NCBI GenBank assembly: GCA_051294905.1
Contig: CM119372.1
Span: forward strand, 2,048,001 to 2,112,000
Direction: 5' to 3'
DNA from: Botryllus schlosseri
Taxonomy: Eukaryota
Length of the DNA stretch: 64,000 nucleotides
Of the stretch, positions 47,755-59,852 are shown piece by piece (the stretch's first letter is position 1; every line of letters starts with the position of its first letter). Under the pieces are notes generated by a model, which searched no databases, was not told where the DNA came from, and was given only the letters and a program-made list of their open reading frames with translations. Position numbers and translations under genes: made by a program.

Positions 47755-50409
47755 GATGTATCTCAGTCGCAGAAATAAATATGAATCCGACTTCTGACAC
47801 CAATTGTTATGTTCTTGATCTTGTCCGAACAATAACTCAATACGACGAGGTTGCAATACAGAATCAGTATATTGTACAGCAAAATAACTTTACGGCAGCG
47901 ACACGATCCCGAGTGCAGTTAAATGAAAGACCAGTAGACAACAGAACACTGGGTATAAATACGAAGCACGACACACGAGGAAATAATGATTGGCGGTATT
48001 TACTATCCTAGACAAATAAGAAACAAACGATACCAACGTAAAATGCACGAACATAACAGTATCATGTCCGAATTCGGTAATGGTTGAAATTTGTTCAAGA
48101 GTTCAAAGTTGAAATTTCATGTCCCAGTGTAAATCCAACTTAGAAATACCCGTAAATACATATCCAACCCAATAAATATGGCCAAAATCACCAAATCCAT
48201 ACACACCGCTGGTAGATCTGACCCGTATAATAGCCCTGAGGACGAAAAACTCCAATCTTATCGAGTGACAATTGACAGTGATGATTATGATAACGATGAG
48301 TTGTTATAACATCGTGCGATACAGACATTTCGTGAAAGTCACATTGTGTATTAGTCGGCGGCCTGTCATTCTTATCCGATCACACACACAATGCGCTGTA
48401 ATTAACATATAGGAAGATGCAGAAACGACCGAGTACGGTCTCTTAATCTAGCAACCACCTCCGCCTATATGCACGATGTTATAGTGTTCAATCGTGACCT
48501 ATTCGGCTATCTTTCAAGTTATGCGCTTTTCCTTGCTTTTTTCATTCGATTTTCATTGTATGTCTACTCGTTCGGGCGGTCTTTATCTGGCCTTTTTTTG
48601 TAAATACTCTGTAATAATTACAGTCTAAGCATATATAATCTGATTAAATGCTACTATTTTGGCAATATCATCTGCATACAGGGGCGCTGTCAAAAATGCA
48701 GAAGCGCCTTTCAATGAAACTCCTATCGATCATGGATTTTAATCAATCCAATCCTGAGTTTTTCCATGTCCGGTTCTATCGGGTCTGAACATCTAACACA
48801 GTGGTTCTCAGCATTTTTGTTTTCGCGGACCTCTTTTGGACCGTCACGGTCCCCAGCGAGCCCCCTCAAGTTTTCGTTCAAAATTAGCTCAACTATCGCG
48901 CAGCCGTCAAACTGTCTTGTGCGAATATTATTGTAGGCTAGAGATAAACAGCTGTGTTTTTGTCTTGATAATCCACGTCTTGGATTTGATGTGAATGAGT
49001 GCCGAAAATCCATTTCCACAAAGATACGTGGTGATGAATGTAATAATAATGCGTAATGCTTTCGATGACAGTTTTTAGCGTGAGTTTTCAATGAACTTGT
49101 CCTGTTTTATCCACTAAATAACTTCAAGATGAGATGAACGTGATAAATGAGTTTTGTGGCGAGGTTTAGAGGTTTTGCGGACCCCCAGTTTAGAACCACT
49201 GATCTAAAATCTATTATTTTAAATCTGAATAAACATGTATGTAGCTAAACTAGCTATTGTAAACATTGTAAACTGAACATTATGACGTCATAGGCTCGCG
49301 TTCACGTTCGTCGTTCGCGTATCCACGAGCCAGAGGATTTGAGATATTCGCAGTTCGCACCAGCCTCGGGCTATGGTCACTCCTTGTGCACCTTCTTCAA
49401 TAAAACTATACGTCACAATATCTTTTTTATTCTGGTATATTTACAAATAAGAACCAGCAGTCGGAAAACATCGAAATATGAAAAATACAATATCAGAAAT
49501 TGTTTAGACTCGTTCTCGTTACGAATGATGTAGTAAATATATCTTCCGTAGCAAAAGTCAATTTATTACAGCAAGGCGATATTCGAAAAACCATGATTCA
49601 CGAATTCCTTCGCAACCGTGGAATGCTGTGGAACACACACGGATGTAAATATACGGCAGAATGAGTGTCGATCTAGACTAGAATAATAAGTTGACATGCT
49701 CGCGCAGACGGGCGTCGAAATCCGTATTGCATTGTTATTTTTATAGGGCAAATCTCATCTAGCATATACGCGAAGCCAAATCTCAAAACATTCAGAAATA
49801 TTACGAAGGAAGATATCCCGAGGAGTCTACCGGTATATCGGTATTCGCCAAGCGTTTATTACGGGTATAAATCGACGACAGAGGTTATTGAACATGGTAT
49901 GTGGCCAAATATTTTTGAAGGCAATCAATTCAATTTATTATTTACAATTTAATCATTTCAACACACCACAAGACTGCGATACAATGAAAAGATAGGAAGG
50001 TGTCGAAATGACTTGGAGTATAGTCTTCGAAATCAGACACTTAACTGACATAAGCGATGTAAAAAGGAGGCATGCACGCTGAATGAAAAGGAAAAGAAGA
50101 TAGAAGGGCAGGCGACAAAAGAAGGTGGCATGTGTATGTGTTTATTGTCACTTTTCAATAGACTTCAATTTCTGCTGAATTATTTCGCGCATTCATTTCT
50201 TAGTGAACCTTATTGCGCGCTTCTTTTCTCTCTTGGGTGAGCGAGTGTTGTAGCGTACAAACGTATAGTGAGCTAGTGACAATAACGGTAATGATTCCTT
50301 TCTTCAATTCATGGAGTGGATCTCAATTTTTTGCCAACTTTGAGCGAATTGTTTTAGCGTACTGGAGGCAATCCTATAGTGGAAAGGGTATAATGAAGGT
50401 TACGATTAG

Positions 50410-51441
50410 CTAAGCTGAGGAAAAGCGTGTGTTTGCGGATGAGGATTCTCTGACGCTGTCGTCAGACAGATGTACCTTTTGGGGGATCCAGCCGCAACAG
50501 GGGATAAGAATATGATCCCAAAAGTCGTAACACAAAATGATCGTAATGACATTAAGTGCTAGGTTTATATTATAGATAGGAAACGTGCCTCCACTGAATA
50601 CATAAAATGATAGGTAAGCAATGATGTCGGTAAAGATGCAGAGTGACGTTAGACACGTTGCCCGTACAACTCTCCGATTCAATGATTTGCTACGTCTCTG
50701 GAATGCAGCGCTTGAGCCCCGCCTCTTCAGTAGTGGATAGACGAACAGAGCCAATAAACAGGCCTGCATGATCGAACAAGCTATGACCCAAGACAGGAAA
50801 TATTGCCAAGCGATTGGAACAGCAGTGATTGGAAGTTGACAGCCAATTCCGTCGATGTATATCAGCCTAACACGTGTTCCCAATATGTAAGAGCCATAGG
50901 CGAAGTATCCGGTCCATAAGATAAGTACAATAAAACTGATGCTCTGTAGAAGATTTCCAGCAATTTCTTTGAGGAGTGGATCCACGTAGAACACTCGCTG
51001 GCGAGTCCATAGAAATAGATACACGCAAGTCGTTCCACACAGCATGAACCAAGCTGGAAATATGGCGTTACATGTAGACTGGTTTTGCAGATCTTCCAGA
51101 CCAAAGTAATGCGAATTCGTGGTCAATAGCTCAAGAAACGAACCAGCATTTGAGGCGATCGCCATAAATGCTGACACCATGCATAATGCGTGGCCGGCTC
51201 GAGACAGATTTCGACCGATAGAAGTTGCATCAATCCCAGTAAAACACTTTCTTCTTGCAGCATACGTCACAAGACAACAAAACGCGTAGATAGATATTAT
51301 AGCCGATATGGATGCCTGCGCTATATGGCCCCAGAAGTGCGGGCTGAGTGGTCTCGGTGCATTGGGCGTTAGCACTGCACGGTCCTTTTGCGCCGCGTAT
51401 TCTGACCAAGGAGATGCATTAGAGAATACAGATGAATTCAT
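50410..51441 (-). CDS. Intronless orphan seven-transmembrane (GPCR-like) protein, 343 aa
   Basis: Seven hydrophobic segments; Cys at the top of TM3 and in ECL2 (GIGCQL); N-terminal NxS sites; no canonical DRY/NPxxY. Confidence 0.7.
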   Translation of the reverse strand: MNSSVFSNASPWSEYAAQKDRAVLTPNAPRPLSPHFWGHIAQASISAIISIYAFCCLVTYAARRKCFTGIDATSIGRNLSRAGHALCMVSAFMAIASNAGSFLELLTTNSHYFGLEDLQNQSTCNAIFPAWFMLCGTTCVYLFLWTRQRVFYVDPLLKEIAGNLLQSISFIVLILWTGYFAYGSYILGTRVRLIYIDGIGCQLPITAVPIAWQYFLSWVIACSIMQACLLALFVYPLLKRRGSSAAFQRRSKSLNRRVVRATCLTSLCIFTDIIAYLSFYVFSGGTFPIYNINLALNVITIILCYDFWDHILIPCCGWIPQKVHLSDDSVRESSSANTRFSSA

Positions 51442-52189
51442 GACTGTAACAGGTCAACACTGGTAGCTCCACTACAATGCAAGATGCTGTTCAAAAACTA
51501 AATGCAGACTTCAATCCAATTTTGCCGTCAGAGTTTTAAAGTATATCTCCGAAATATCCAGCGTACGTAGACAATATAAAATCGTATTGAAAGAATGGCA
51601 TGCTTATATTGTATCCAATCGTATGGGATTTCGTGTCGGAAAGAACGGCAGTACAACTTTTCCTATACTCCATAAAACCGTAAATTGAAGCAATTTCAAG
51701 CATTTTAAATAGTCAATTCAAACTCCTTGCCAACATATTTCAGTAGCGGCGTTTATGATCACAATAAAACCGTGCTTCTTGATCCTACACAAAAATAAAC
51801 TCTCGGCAAGCTTGATACGCGATGCCGCTAATTATATTTCGTTAAGTCGGTTTGATTGGTCACGCGGGTAAACCTCTCTCACCGAGATGAATAGCTATAA
51901 CAATAATTATTTTTACAATGGAGTTTCTATGAAAGAGTAAACAAGCAATAGCCTAGATTCAGCAACACTCTATCTATTTGAAATCAGGGAATAATTTCAC
52001 TGGAGAAAGTTGCAAAAAAACTTTGTTAGTCATATCGGCACAAACTTGGTTGGCGTATTTTGATTCAGGTGTACGAGTGAATGAAGCATACAAGAATTAA
52101 GGTGGTCAAAGTAGCCAAGAAAGTTGCTCAAGTAGAATTAGAAGTAGCGACACAAAATCTACTCAGGTACGAGTAGAAGTAGTACTTTC

Positions 52190-53573
52190 CAGTGTTGGGA
52201 TGACTCGAGTCACCTTTTTCGTATGACTTGACTTGACTCGAGTCACTTTGCAAAAATGACTTGACTTGACTTGACTCGGATCATCAAAAATGTGGATTGA
52301 CTCGTGACTCGGAGAAAAATTCACGAGTCAATTTCAAGTCATCAAGTAATCGGTGTCGATAAAAATCACTGTATCTTCCATATGTTCGGATTGTTCGCGA
52401 AACGCTGGTGTAACCCGTGAGAGCGACAAATCACTCAATGATCGTGTGTCTCACTGAGCCACCATTGTCTCAAATAAATAAAATGACCACACACGTAGTA
52501 ATTGAAGTATACAGCATAGGTTGTCGTAAACTAGTAGTAGCATAATATTCATTTCTGTTTTCTGTTCTTATACCTTAACCAAACCTCTTGTTTTATTGAA
52601 ATTGAATTCGAATATAGTTTATATACTCCTCAACCATTGGTGTAGGCTCGAATGGTATCATATCAACATGTAAATGAGTAAAGTATTGCATCTTATCAAT
52701 TCGTTTTTCAAGTTTGGCTGGTAACTATAAACTGAGGTTATGCAATTACTTACGTAGTTGAACATTTCTACGTATATGCCTATGTGAGCGATACAGTGCC
52801 GAGCGAGATAGTGTAATGGTTATGCGTCCGGCTTCTCGAGCGGTAGGTCGTGGGTGCGATCCCCGGCCGGGTCATACCAAAGACTCGAAAATTGGTATCC
52901 GCAGCTATCCTGCTAGGCGCTCAGCAATCACGGATAGCATGGAGGAGAAAAAAAAACGGGTGCAGGCGAGAGATATGATATTCTTTTTCGCCTGCACCAT
53001 TGAGATGCTTCGACGACGGAGTTGCGATACGGCCCCATGAGGTCATCCAGTCTGCGCCCCCGTTTTTTTTCTCCTCCATGCTATCCGTGATTGCTGAGCG
53101 CCTAGCAGAATAGCTGCGGATACCAATTTTCGAGTCTTTGGTATGACCCGGCCGGGGATCGAACCCACGACCTACCGCTCGAGAAGTCGGACGCATAACC
53201 ATTACACTATCTCGCTCGGCGAAAAAGAATATCATCTCTCTCTCTCTCTCTCTGTTGCATGTATATTTAACTTTATATTCGTTCATCGGTTCAGAATCAA
53301 TGACCACATCAATCTGTTAATCAGACAGCTAGCAAAATGCAATGACGTAATCAGGCCTCATACTTCGAAAAGGCAATTTGACTTGAATTGTGACTTGACT
53401 CGTGACTTGACTTGACTTGACTCGACTTGACTCGAGTCACCTCCAAAAATCGAGTTACTTGACTTGACTCGAGTCACCTTCGAAAATCAATTGACTTGAC
53501 TTGACTCGAGTCAAAATGTGCAATGACTCGAAATGACTCGTGACTCGAAGGTAGTGACTTGATCCCAACACTG
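52190..53573 (+). mobile_element. hAT-type MITE (CAGTGTTGGGAT ends, GACTT/GACTC repeats)
   Basis: TIR CAGTGTTGGGAT...ATCCCAACACTG; 8-bp TSD GTACTTTC. Confidence 0.92.
52798..53253. mobile_element. Inverted pair of tRNA-derived SINEs with (TC)n tail
   Basis: 52798-52960 inverted to 53059-53220; box A TAGTGTAATGG, box B GGGT[GT]CGATCCC; absent from the sister MITE at ~56328. Confidence 0.85.
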
Positions 53574-54823
53574 GTACTTTCAAAAGCAACCCAAAACTAC
53601 TTGAAGTAGAAGTAGAATTGACTGACTTTAAATCTTCTCAAGTAAGTAGTGGTGAAAACGGTCGTATTTAGTTCGCATGTACTGTCAAAAGCTGCGAATT
53701 GAACTATGCGGAAGGTGCAAAGAGCGTGATTCATATTGATGCATCCCAGGAGGTATCAACTTTCGACAGAATCAGCATTCGTCCACGTCATGGAATGTAA
53801 ATGATTGTATTGATATTGCGATACTAATCCTTTGTTTACTCGAAGACCCCGTTTTAGAAAATGGCATGGTATGCTGCCCTCCCCGTGTTATAAGGCCCCT
53901 AGTTTACCGAGAAGTTGTATCGTATACGGCTTTAACAATTTGCGCAATTAGTATACGTTAACTAAAAATATGGTGGATCGTAAAAATGCCATGTAGTGTA
54001 TAGCTTTATTTTCGGAAAATATAGGCGTTGCTGCACTTGCTTCTGTCCTTCATCATGGATGTTCTCCAGACAAAAGAACTGAAACTTATTAGAACTCACG
54101 ATATGATAGGATAATCGCTGGATTGCGAAACGGTAGTTTCAAACGTTATGGTTGACCAATGACCACATTTACTGTGATGAAATATTTGATATAGGCGACA
54201 CTGCGGTATATGAACGGAATCACGCAACCCGGTATCTAAATTATATTCTGTGATACTTTCGTTAAAACATATTTGTAACTCCATATCTACTGTGCGCGAA
54301 GCGCAACGAAAATTCTGGGCTTTACATGACTTTTATGGAAATTAGATGTTGGTACTCCGTGAAAACAGCCCCGGTATTCCTTAGGCTATCTTTCTTGTTG
54401 GAGGATTAAACTATACTATTGCTTGGCAAAATGGAAACAGAGAAAGGTAAGGAAGAAAATTCACAAATTATTACGAAGTAGAAGTAGCGAAAAAATATGT
54501 ACTTGAGTATGTACCAGAAGTAGAGGAAAACTACTTGAGTATTTCGAAAAAGTAGAAGTACTTCGTTACTGACCACCTCGGGAATTAATGCACGTAAGAG
54601 ATGATTGCAAACAAGAAAGCGCATATCCATTATCCAATCATTAATTTATCTTTTACGTGGAACACAAAAGGGTTTCTGAGTAGCCTGCATCACGGCTATT
54701 GTTCGCTTAACATAGCGGCAAAGCGGGCTGGACTATGATGTCCCAATCAATCTTCTACGTCACGACTTCCATTTTCACTTGAGTAGCTTTCTTGACTACT
54801 TTGACCATCTCTGACAGTAACAC

Positions 54824-55409
54824 CATAGTGTCCTATATGGTGTCGACACAAGCAAATCTCACGGTTCAGTGAAATTGATTCACGTCACAATTTCCATTTG
54901 GCTACAGGCAATTTGACGGTCATTTTTGACCGGCTTGCCGAGCATTAAACTTGGTAAAACGGATATCAATCGAAAGCTGACTCTGCACTGATAACGAAAA
55001 TATAAATTTCATTCCGCTCGTGGCCCTGGAACTCCCACAATCAGCCTCGAATTTTCCATTGTTATTGAGATTGACATTGGGACGCAACAATGCTGTCTGG
55101 CTCTTTTTCTCTTGAGCTACTCTCTCGTTTCGCCAGACAGCTTTGTTGCGTCCCAATGCCAATCTCCATAACAACGGAAAATTCGAGGCTGATTGTAGGA
55201 GTTCCAGGGCCACGAGCGGAATGAAATTTATATTTTCGTTATCAGTGCAGAGTCAGCTTTCGATTGATATCCGTTTTACCAAGTTTAATGCTCGGCAAGC
55301 CGGTCAAAAATGACCGTCAAATTGCCTGTAGCCAAATGGAAATTGTGACGTGAATCAATTTCACTGAACCGTGAGATTTGCTTGTGTCGACACCATATAG
55401 GACACTATG
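54824..55409. mobile_element. Fold-back MITE with 7-bp TSD (P-superfamily-like ends)
   Basis: ~278-bp arms CATAGTGTCC...GGACACTATG; GTAACAC at 54817-54823 and 55410-55416. Confidence 0.88.
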
Positions 55410-55694
55410 GTAACACACTATCCAATTTCGCGCACTAATCAAAATGACTGTCACGAAAATCTGGCTCGCGAATTATTATGGACACGGGGACGTGGCCTGA
55501 GACGCTTATGGGCGCAAGAATAATTCAATTTAAAGGATGAGAACGTGTATTTGCTACTTTTAATCGTGAGAAGACGACGTATTTGGCATATTTGTAAAAT
55601 TGAATATGTTCGTGATTTCGATGTCCAATTCGGCGTCATGAGTTTACGTCTGAAGGTCCTAGATTCTCAAACATGATACTCTGATAGTAGAAGT

Positions 55695-56643
55695 CAGTGT
55701 TGGGATGACTCGAGTCAGACTAGAGAAACCTTTTTTCGTATGACTTGACCTGACTCGAGTCACTTTGCTAAAATGGCTTAATTGACTTGACTCGGCGCAT
55801 CAGAAATGTGGATTGACTCGTGACTCGGAGCAAAATTCACGAGTCAATTTCAAGTCATCAAGTAATCGGTGTCGATAAAAATCACTGTTTCTTCCATATG
55901 TTCGGATTGTTCGCGAAACGCTGGTGTAACCCGTGAAAGCGACCAATCATGCAATGATCGTGTGTTTCGCCGAGCCTCCATTGTTCTCACATAAATAAAT
56001 TGACCACAAACGTAGTGATTGAAGCGTACAGCTTACGTAGTCTTAAACTGCTAGTGAAGTAATTTAATAGCATAATATTCACTTCTGTTTTCTGTTCTTA
56101 TACCCTGGCCGAACCTCTTGTTTTATTGAAATTGAATTCGAATATACTTTATATACTCCTCAACCATTGGCGCAGGCTCGAATTTTATCATATCAATATG
56201 TAAATGGATATTGTATTGCATCTTACCAATTCGTTTCTCTATTTTGGCTGATAACTATAAACTGAGGCTATGCAATTACTTACGTGCAGTTTAACAGCAG
56301 TTCTACGTATGTGTGAGTGATACAGCGCCTTCTTGCGTGTATATTTAACTCTATATTCATTCATTGGTTCAGAATCAATTAGCACATCAATCTGTATTTC
56401 AGACAGCCAGCATGACGTAATCATGCCTCATACTTCGAAAAGGCAACTAGACTTGAATTGTGACTTGACTCGTGACTTGACTTGACTTGACTCGGCTTGA
56501 CTCGAGTCACCTCCAAAAATCAAGTGACTTGACTTGACTCGAGTCACCTTCGAAAATCGATTGACTTCACTTGACTCGAGTAAAAATATGCAATGACTCG
56601 AAAAGACTCGTGACTCGAAGGTAGTGACTTGATCCCAACACTG
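55695..56643 (+). mobile_element. hAT-type MITE, sister of 52190-53573 without the SINE insertion
   Basis: Same TIR; 8-bp TSD GTAGAAGT. Confidence 0.92.
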
Positions 56644-56651
56644 GTAGAAGT

Positions 56652-56980
56652 CGAAGGTTATTCTTGGCTCCTCGTCCCCCATATCGCTGTTCTTACGGTG
56701 ACAAAAAAAGCCCAGAAAAAGGAAACGATAAAGAAAGAAAAAGTGCAAGAAACAGCTTCTAAAAAAGAACCGGCGAAGAAAGAATAACATCGAAGAAGAC
56801 TGTGACATCGGGCATTAGGTCGAGGTGGATGCCAGTTTAACAGACCCCAACTGGTTGGTCGTTCGGCATCCCCCTATCTGTTGATTATATCGCATTGTGT
56901 CTTGTATATCGCATTGTACATTGTGTGTGCGTCTTGGGCAGATGAAAATATAATCTGACGATTATTATTATTATTATTGA
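56652..56980 (+). mobile_element. SINE body (family of 6545-6910) with (ATT)n tail
   Basis: GGCTCCTCGTCCCC...TTCTTACGGTGACAAAAAAAGCCCAG; ends in ATT repeats. Confidence 0.65.
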
Positions 56981-57629
56981 TTTATCGTTAACTGTGTATC
57001 GGGTAAAGGCGTATTGTCATTTGTATTGTATGAAATACCCGTAAGATCAATATGAACGGCGCCGGTGTAAAAGCTCAATCGGTAACGAACTACTTTTACT
57101 TTGTCGGAGCACCTGAGTAGGTTTTTGTCTACTCGCACTACTTACCCAAGTGGATACATTTTCGGACTAATCTCACTGTACGTAACAGCTTTTGACACAA
57201 AACTACTTACTAATTCTGGGACTGATTTGTATGACTTTTTTTAAGCACAAATATCGGATCAACTTTGCGGAAATAGCTCCTGTATACTGGTAGCAAAATA
57301 TATCCCACAAAATCGCGGTATTTGTAGTACCATCAGTGATTTTGGGTTGTCGCGAAGATCCATGTTGCATGATTTAAAGCAGCCAACCTCAGATTTACAA
57401 CTAAAAGTATTCGACACCTTGACCAAATGTACTTTTTAAAAAAGCGCACTGGAGTATACGTTTTAAGCCTCATTGGGTATTTTGAGATGCTCGAAATATC
57501 CGCGGTTTGACATGCAATTCACATGTCTTCGTAGAATTATGATGATAATTGTAATATCAAGTAGTCGAGAGTCGCGTTTGTTGAAAAGCTCGAAATGCCC
57601 GCTTTTATCAGTATTAGTTTATTAAGAAT

Positions 57630-57940
57630 TTTTATCATTTCAAAACTCCACAAGACTGTGATACAAGATGTCGAAACGACTTGGAGTAGTCATTGAAATA
57701 AGACACCCACCAGGGCCAAGGAGATGTAAAGAGGAGGCACACTGGATGAAAAGTAAAAGAAGATAATACAAAAGGTCAAGCGACAGAATGAGATGGCATG
57801 TGACGGAAGGCGAGATCGATACGTGTGCGATGTCGGGTCGTGGTCTGGTAAACTTGAGGGCGGACTAATATATTTATTCAGTAGAAATTGCTTGTATTTC
57901 GATTTGAATGTGGACACTGGACATGCTCGATGACTGTATT
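57630..57940 (-). mobile_element. LINE (CR1/L2-like) 3' end fragment
   Basis: STFKSKYKQFLLNKY frame plus a 3' UTR shared with several dispersed copies. Confidence 0.6.
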
Positions 57941-59427
57941 ACGTCGAACACATAAGGGTTTTCATAAAATACGTGCTTATTGACAATTTCGGTCTCACTA
58001 TAGATTCGTTTGTATCCCTGCATTTACGTCACACCGTTTCGACTGTCTCCTAATACAGTGTCTGATTGAATGATATATTGGGTTTATTTCACTTTGTTCA
58101 ATTGTATATTGAAGTTCTTCAACTCATGTCGCTTCAAATACATTATATTTTTACACTCTATTGGAAATATTTTTAAAGAGACGGAACACAACTTGTATCG
58201 TAGTATGAGATCATTGATATTGAGTGATTTATTGACGTTACCAGCGAAACGACGTTTCTTTGATCACGGGGAAACTTACAGCTGATTACTGCGTGTGTAT
58301 GACCTCATATGTCTCGTTCTGCTCGAAATACTCCTTTCCGCAAAGCCTCTATCATTATTCGACATGTAAGCAATGACGAATACGCGCCTATGTGCGATAC
58401 CAAATGGAAAACAGAATGCTTGCCTGACATGCTTAGGAGATCCAGATAAAGCGCTATCAGAAACAGCTACCATGATGGTCTCCAGTAAACCAAGGGTTAT
58501 AGATAGTAATATTTGCCTGTTCTTTGTTAGTATCAGCTGTGGAACGTATTGGCTACTGTACCGAACGTGAGGAGTGTCGTAAATCGTATAGTAAAAGGCC
58601 TTACCATTGGCAGGACCGCTATTAAATCGTGCACAAAGGTACTGCGTTTCAATGGGATATTCTGTGGAAATTGAGTCGATTCAAAGCTCTAGTTGTGGAG
58701 ATCAGCTGGCTGCTGTTTAGAGTGCGTTTCGATCGCCGTTGCGTTACTGCCGAAGTGATTATAGCCGCGGGACACATACAGTCCATCGCGAACCATCGGT
58801 AGATTTTGTATTGAAGTGGAACGAATTGTATGACAGGAAGCGTCCAGAAAGCCAGATAGAAGCTTTCGTTGATTTTTATACACCAGTCAGAACTTAACTA
58901 CTCATTCTGTAAACGTTATGCAGCATATAAATAACATCACGTATGGTGTTTTGTAAAGCCATTCGCTTATTACGTAATCGCCTTGAATATTTGACGCTAG
59001 GTTAGACACATGCCGCATATATACTATAATGGTAATTTCATAATGCGTTTGATAGCATATTTTTCAGTAAGGATAGACTAAAGTTCATCAGTCACAGGCG
59101 ATGCAGTTCGTAAGCACAAGTTAATTCGTCGTTTTTACGTTGTCAAGGCGTGGCTTTTACAGACATCGCGTTTATACTTCGTAATATGTTGCGTCGGTCT
59201 TCAAACGCTAGATGCTTGTTTGACGAATGCAGAATAAGGGCAGTAAAGTTAAACTCAATTTGGGTCGCGTTCCATATTCAAACCTTTTGATCCATTGTGG
59301 GTCGTACACCAGTCAACGAATACGGAAATGTCACATACAAATCTATACCTTCTGTTGTTCAGTGGGATTCTTAGCAAGAATATAGATAATATAATATTAC
59401 GGATCATGGGGGCTTTATTGTAGCTAC

Positions 59428-59852
59428 CAGAGTTGATAACTAGCACATTTTCAGCGTTTCAAAATTAGAGTGGTATTAAAACTACAGCTACACAGATTTT
59501 TTTCCAAATTGCATTAGAATTACAATTGTAGCTACACGGCTTTTTCCGAATTGGATTAGAATTAGAATTACTGAATTCGCGAAAACTTGCACGTTGAATG
59601 AAGTTCAGTTCTTATCAAATCACGGTTCGTTCTTGTGAGCATGAGGATTACAAATGTCTGTACAGCAAACGTGGCTCGTTTCGATCTATACAGTTTTCCT
59701 GTAGCATTTTCATGCAAAACCAGAAGTTGGATTAAAATTAAGATTAGAGCATAAATGCATTTCACAAATTAGATCAGAATTATATTACCGACATTTTGCT
59801 GTAATTAGTGTAATAATCTAATTAGATAACTGGAATTACCTAGTTATCCAAA
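59428..59852. repeat. ATTAGA-rich dispersed repeat (probable MITE); relatives at ~22260-22800, 24790-25150, 25780-25957, 39070-39397, 62755-63157
   Basis: Shared AATTAGATTAGAATTA motifs and CAGAG[CT]TG-like ends; no clean TSD read. Confidence 0.55.

Larger units (their letters stand above)
43266..48058 (-). mobile_element. Ty3/Gypsy LTR retrotransposon, full length; LTRs 43266-43520 and 47805-48058
   Basis: TG...CA LTRs differing by about 4 substitutions and 1 indel; 5-bp TSD GTATC; PBS TGGTGTCAGAAGT (tRNA-Leu-like) next to the 5' LTR; PPT ACAGGGGAGGAC before the 3' LTR. Confidence 0.97.
52101..54581 (-). mobile_element. Family A MITE (long form) containing a nested MITE and SINE pair
   Basis: Reverse-complement homology to 2613-3423 and 8277-9534; GAATTAA on both flanks; left terminus clipped. 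Confidence 0.85.

Noticed and set aside
52798..52875. Functional tRNA gene
   Set aside because: No proper acceptor stem; continues into a body shared with 31180-31310, typical of SINE heads.
52200..53573. GACTC/GACTT arrays as CRISPR or satellite
   Set aside because: No repeat-spacer periodicity; motifs are subterminal repeats inside TIR/TSD-bounded MITEs in a eukaryotic locus.
58270..58890. Degraded membrane-protein or GPCR-like sequence on the minus strand
   Set aside because: Short hydrophobic patches and one donor only; frames are broken and no motif was recognisable.
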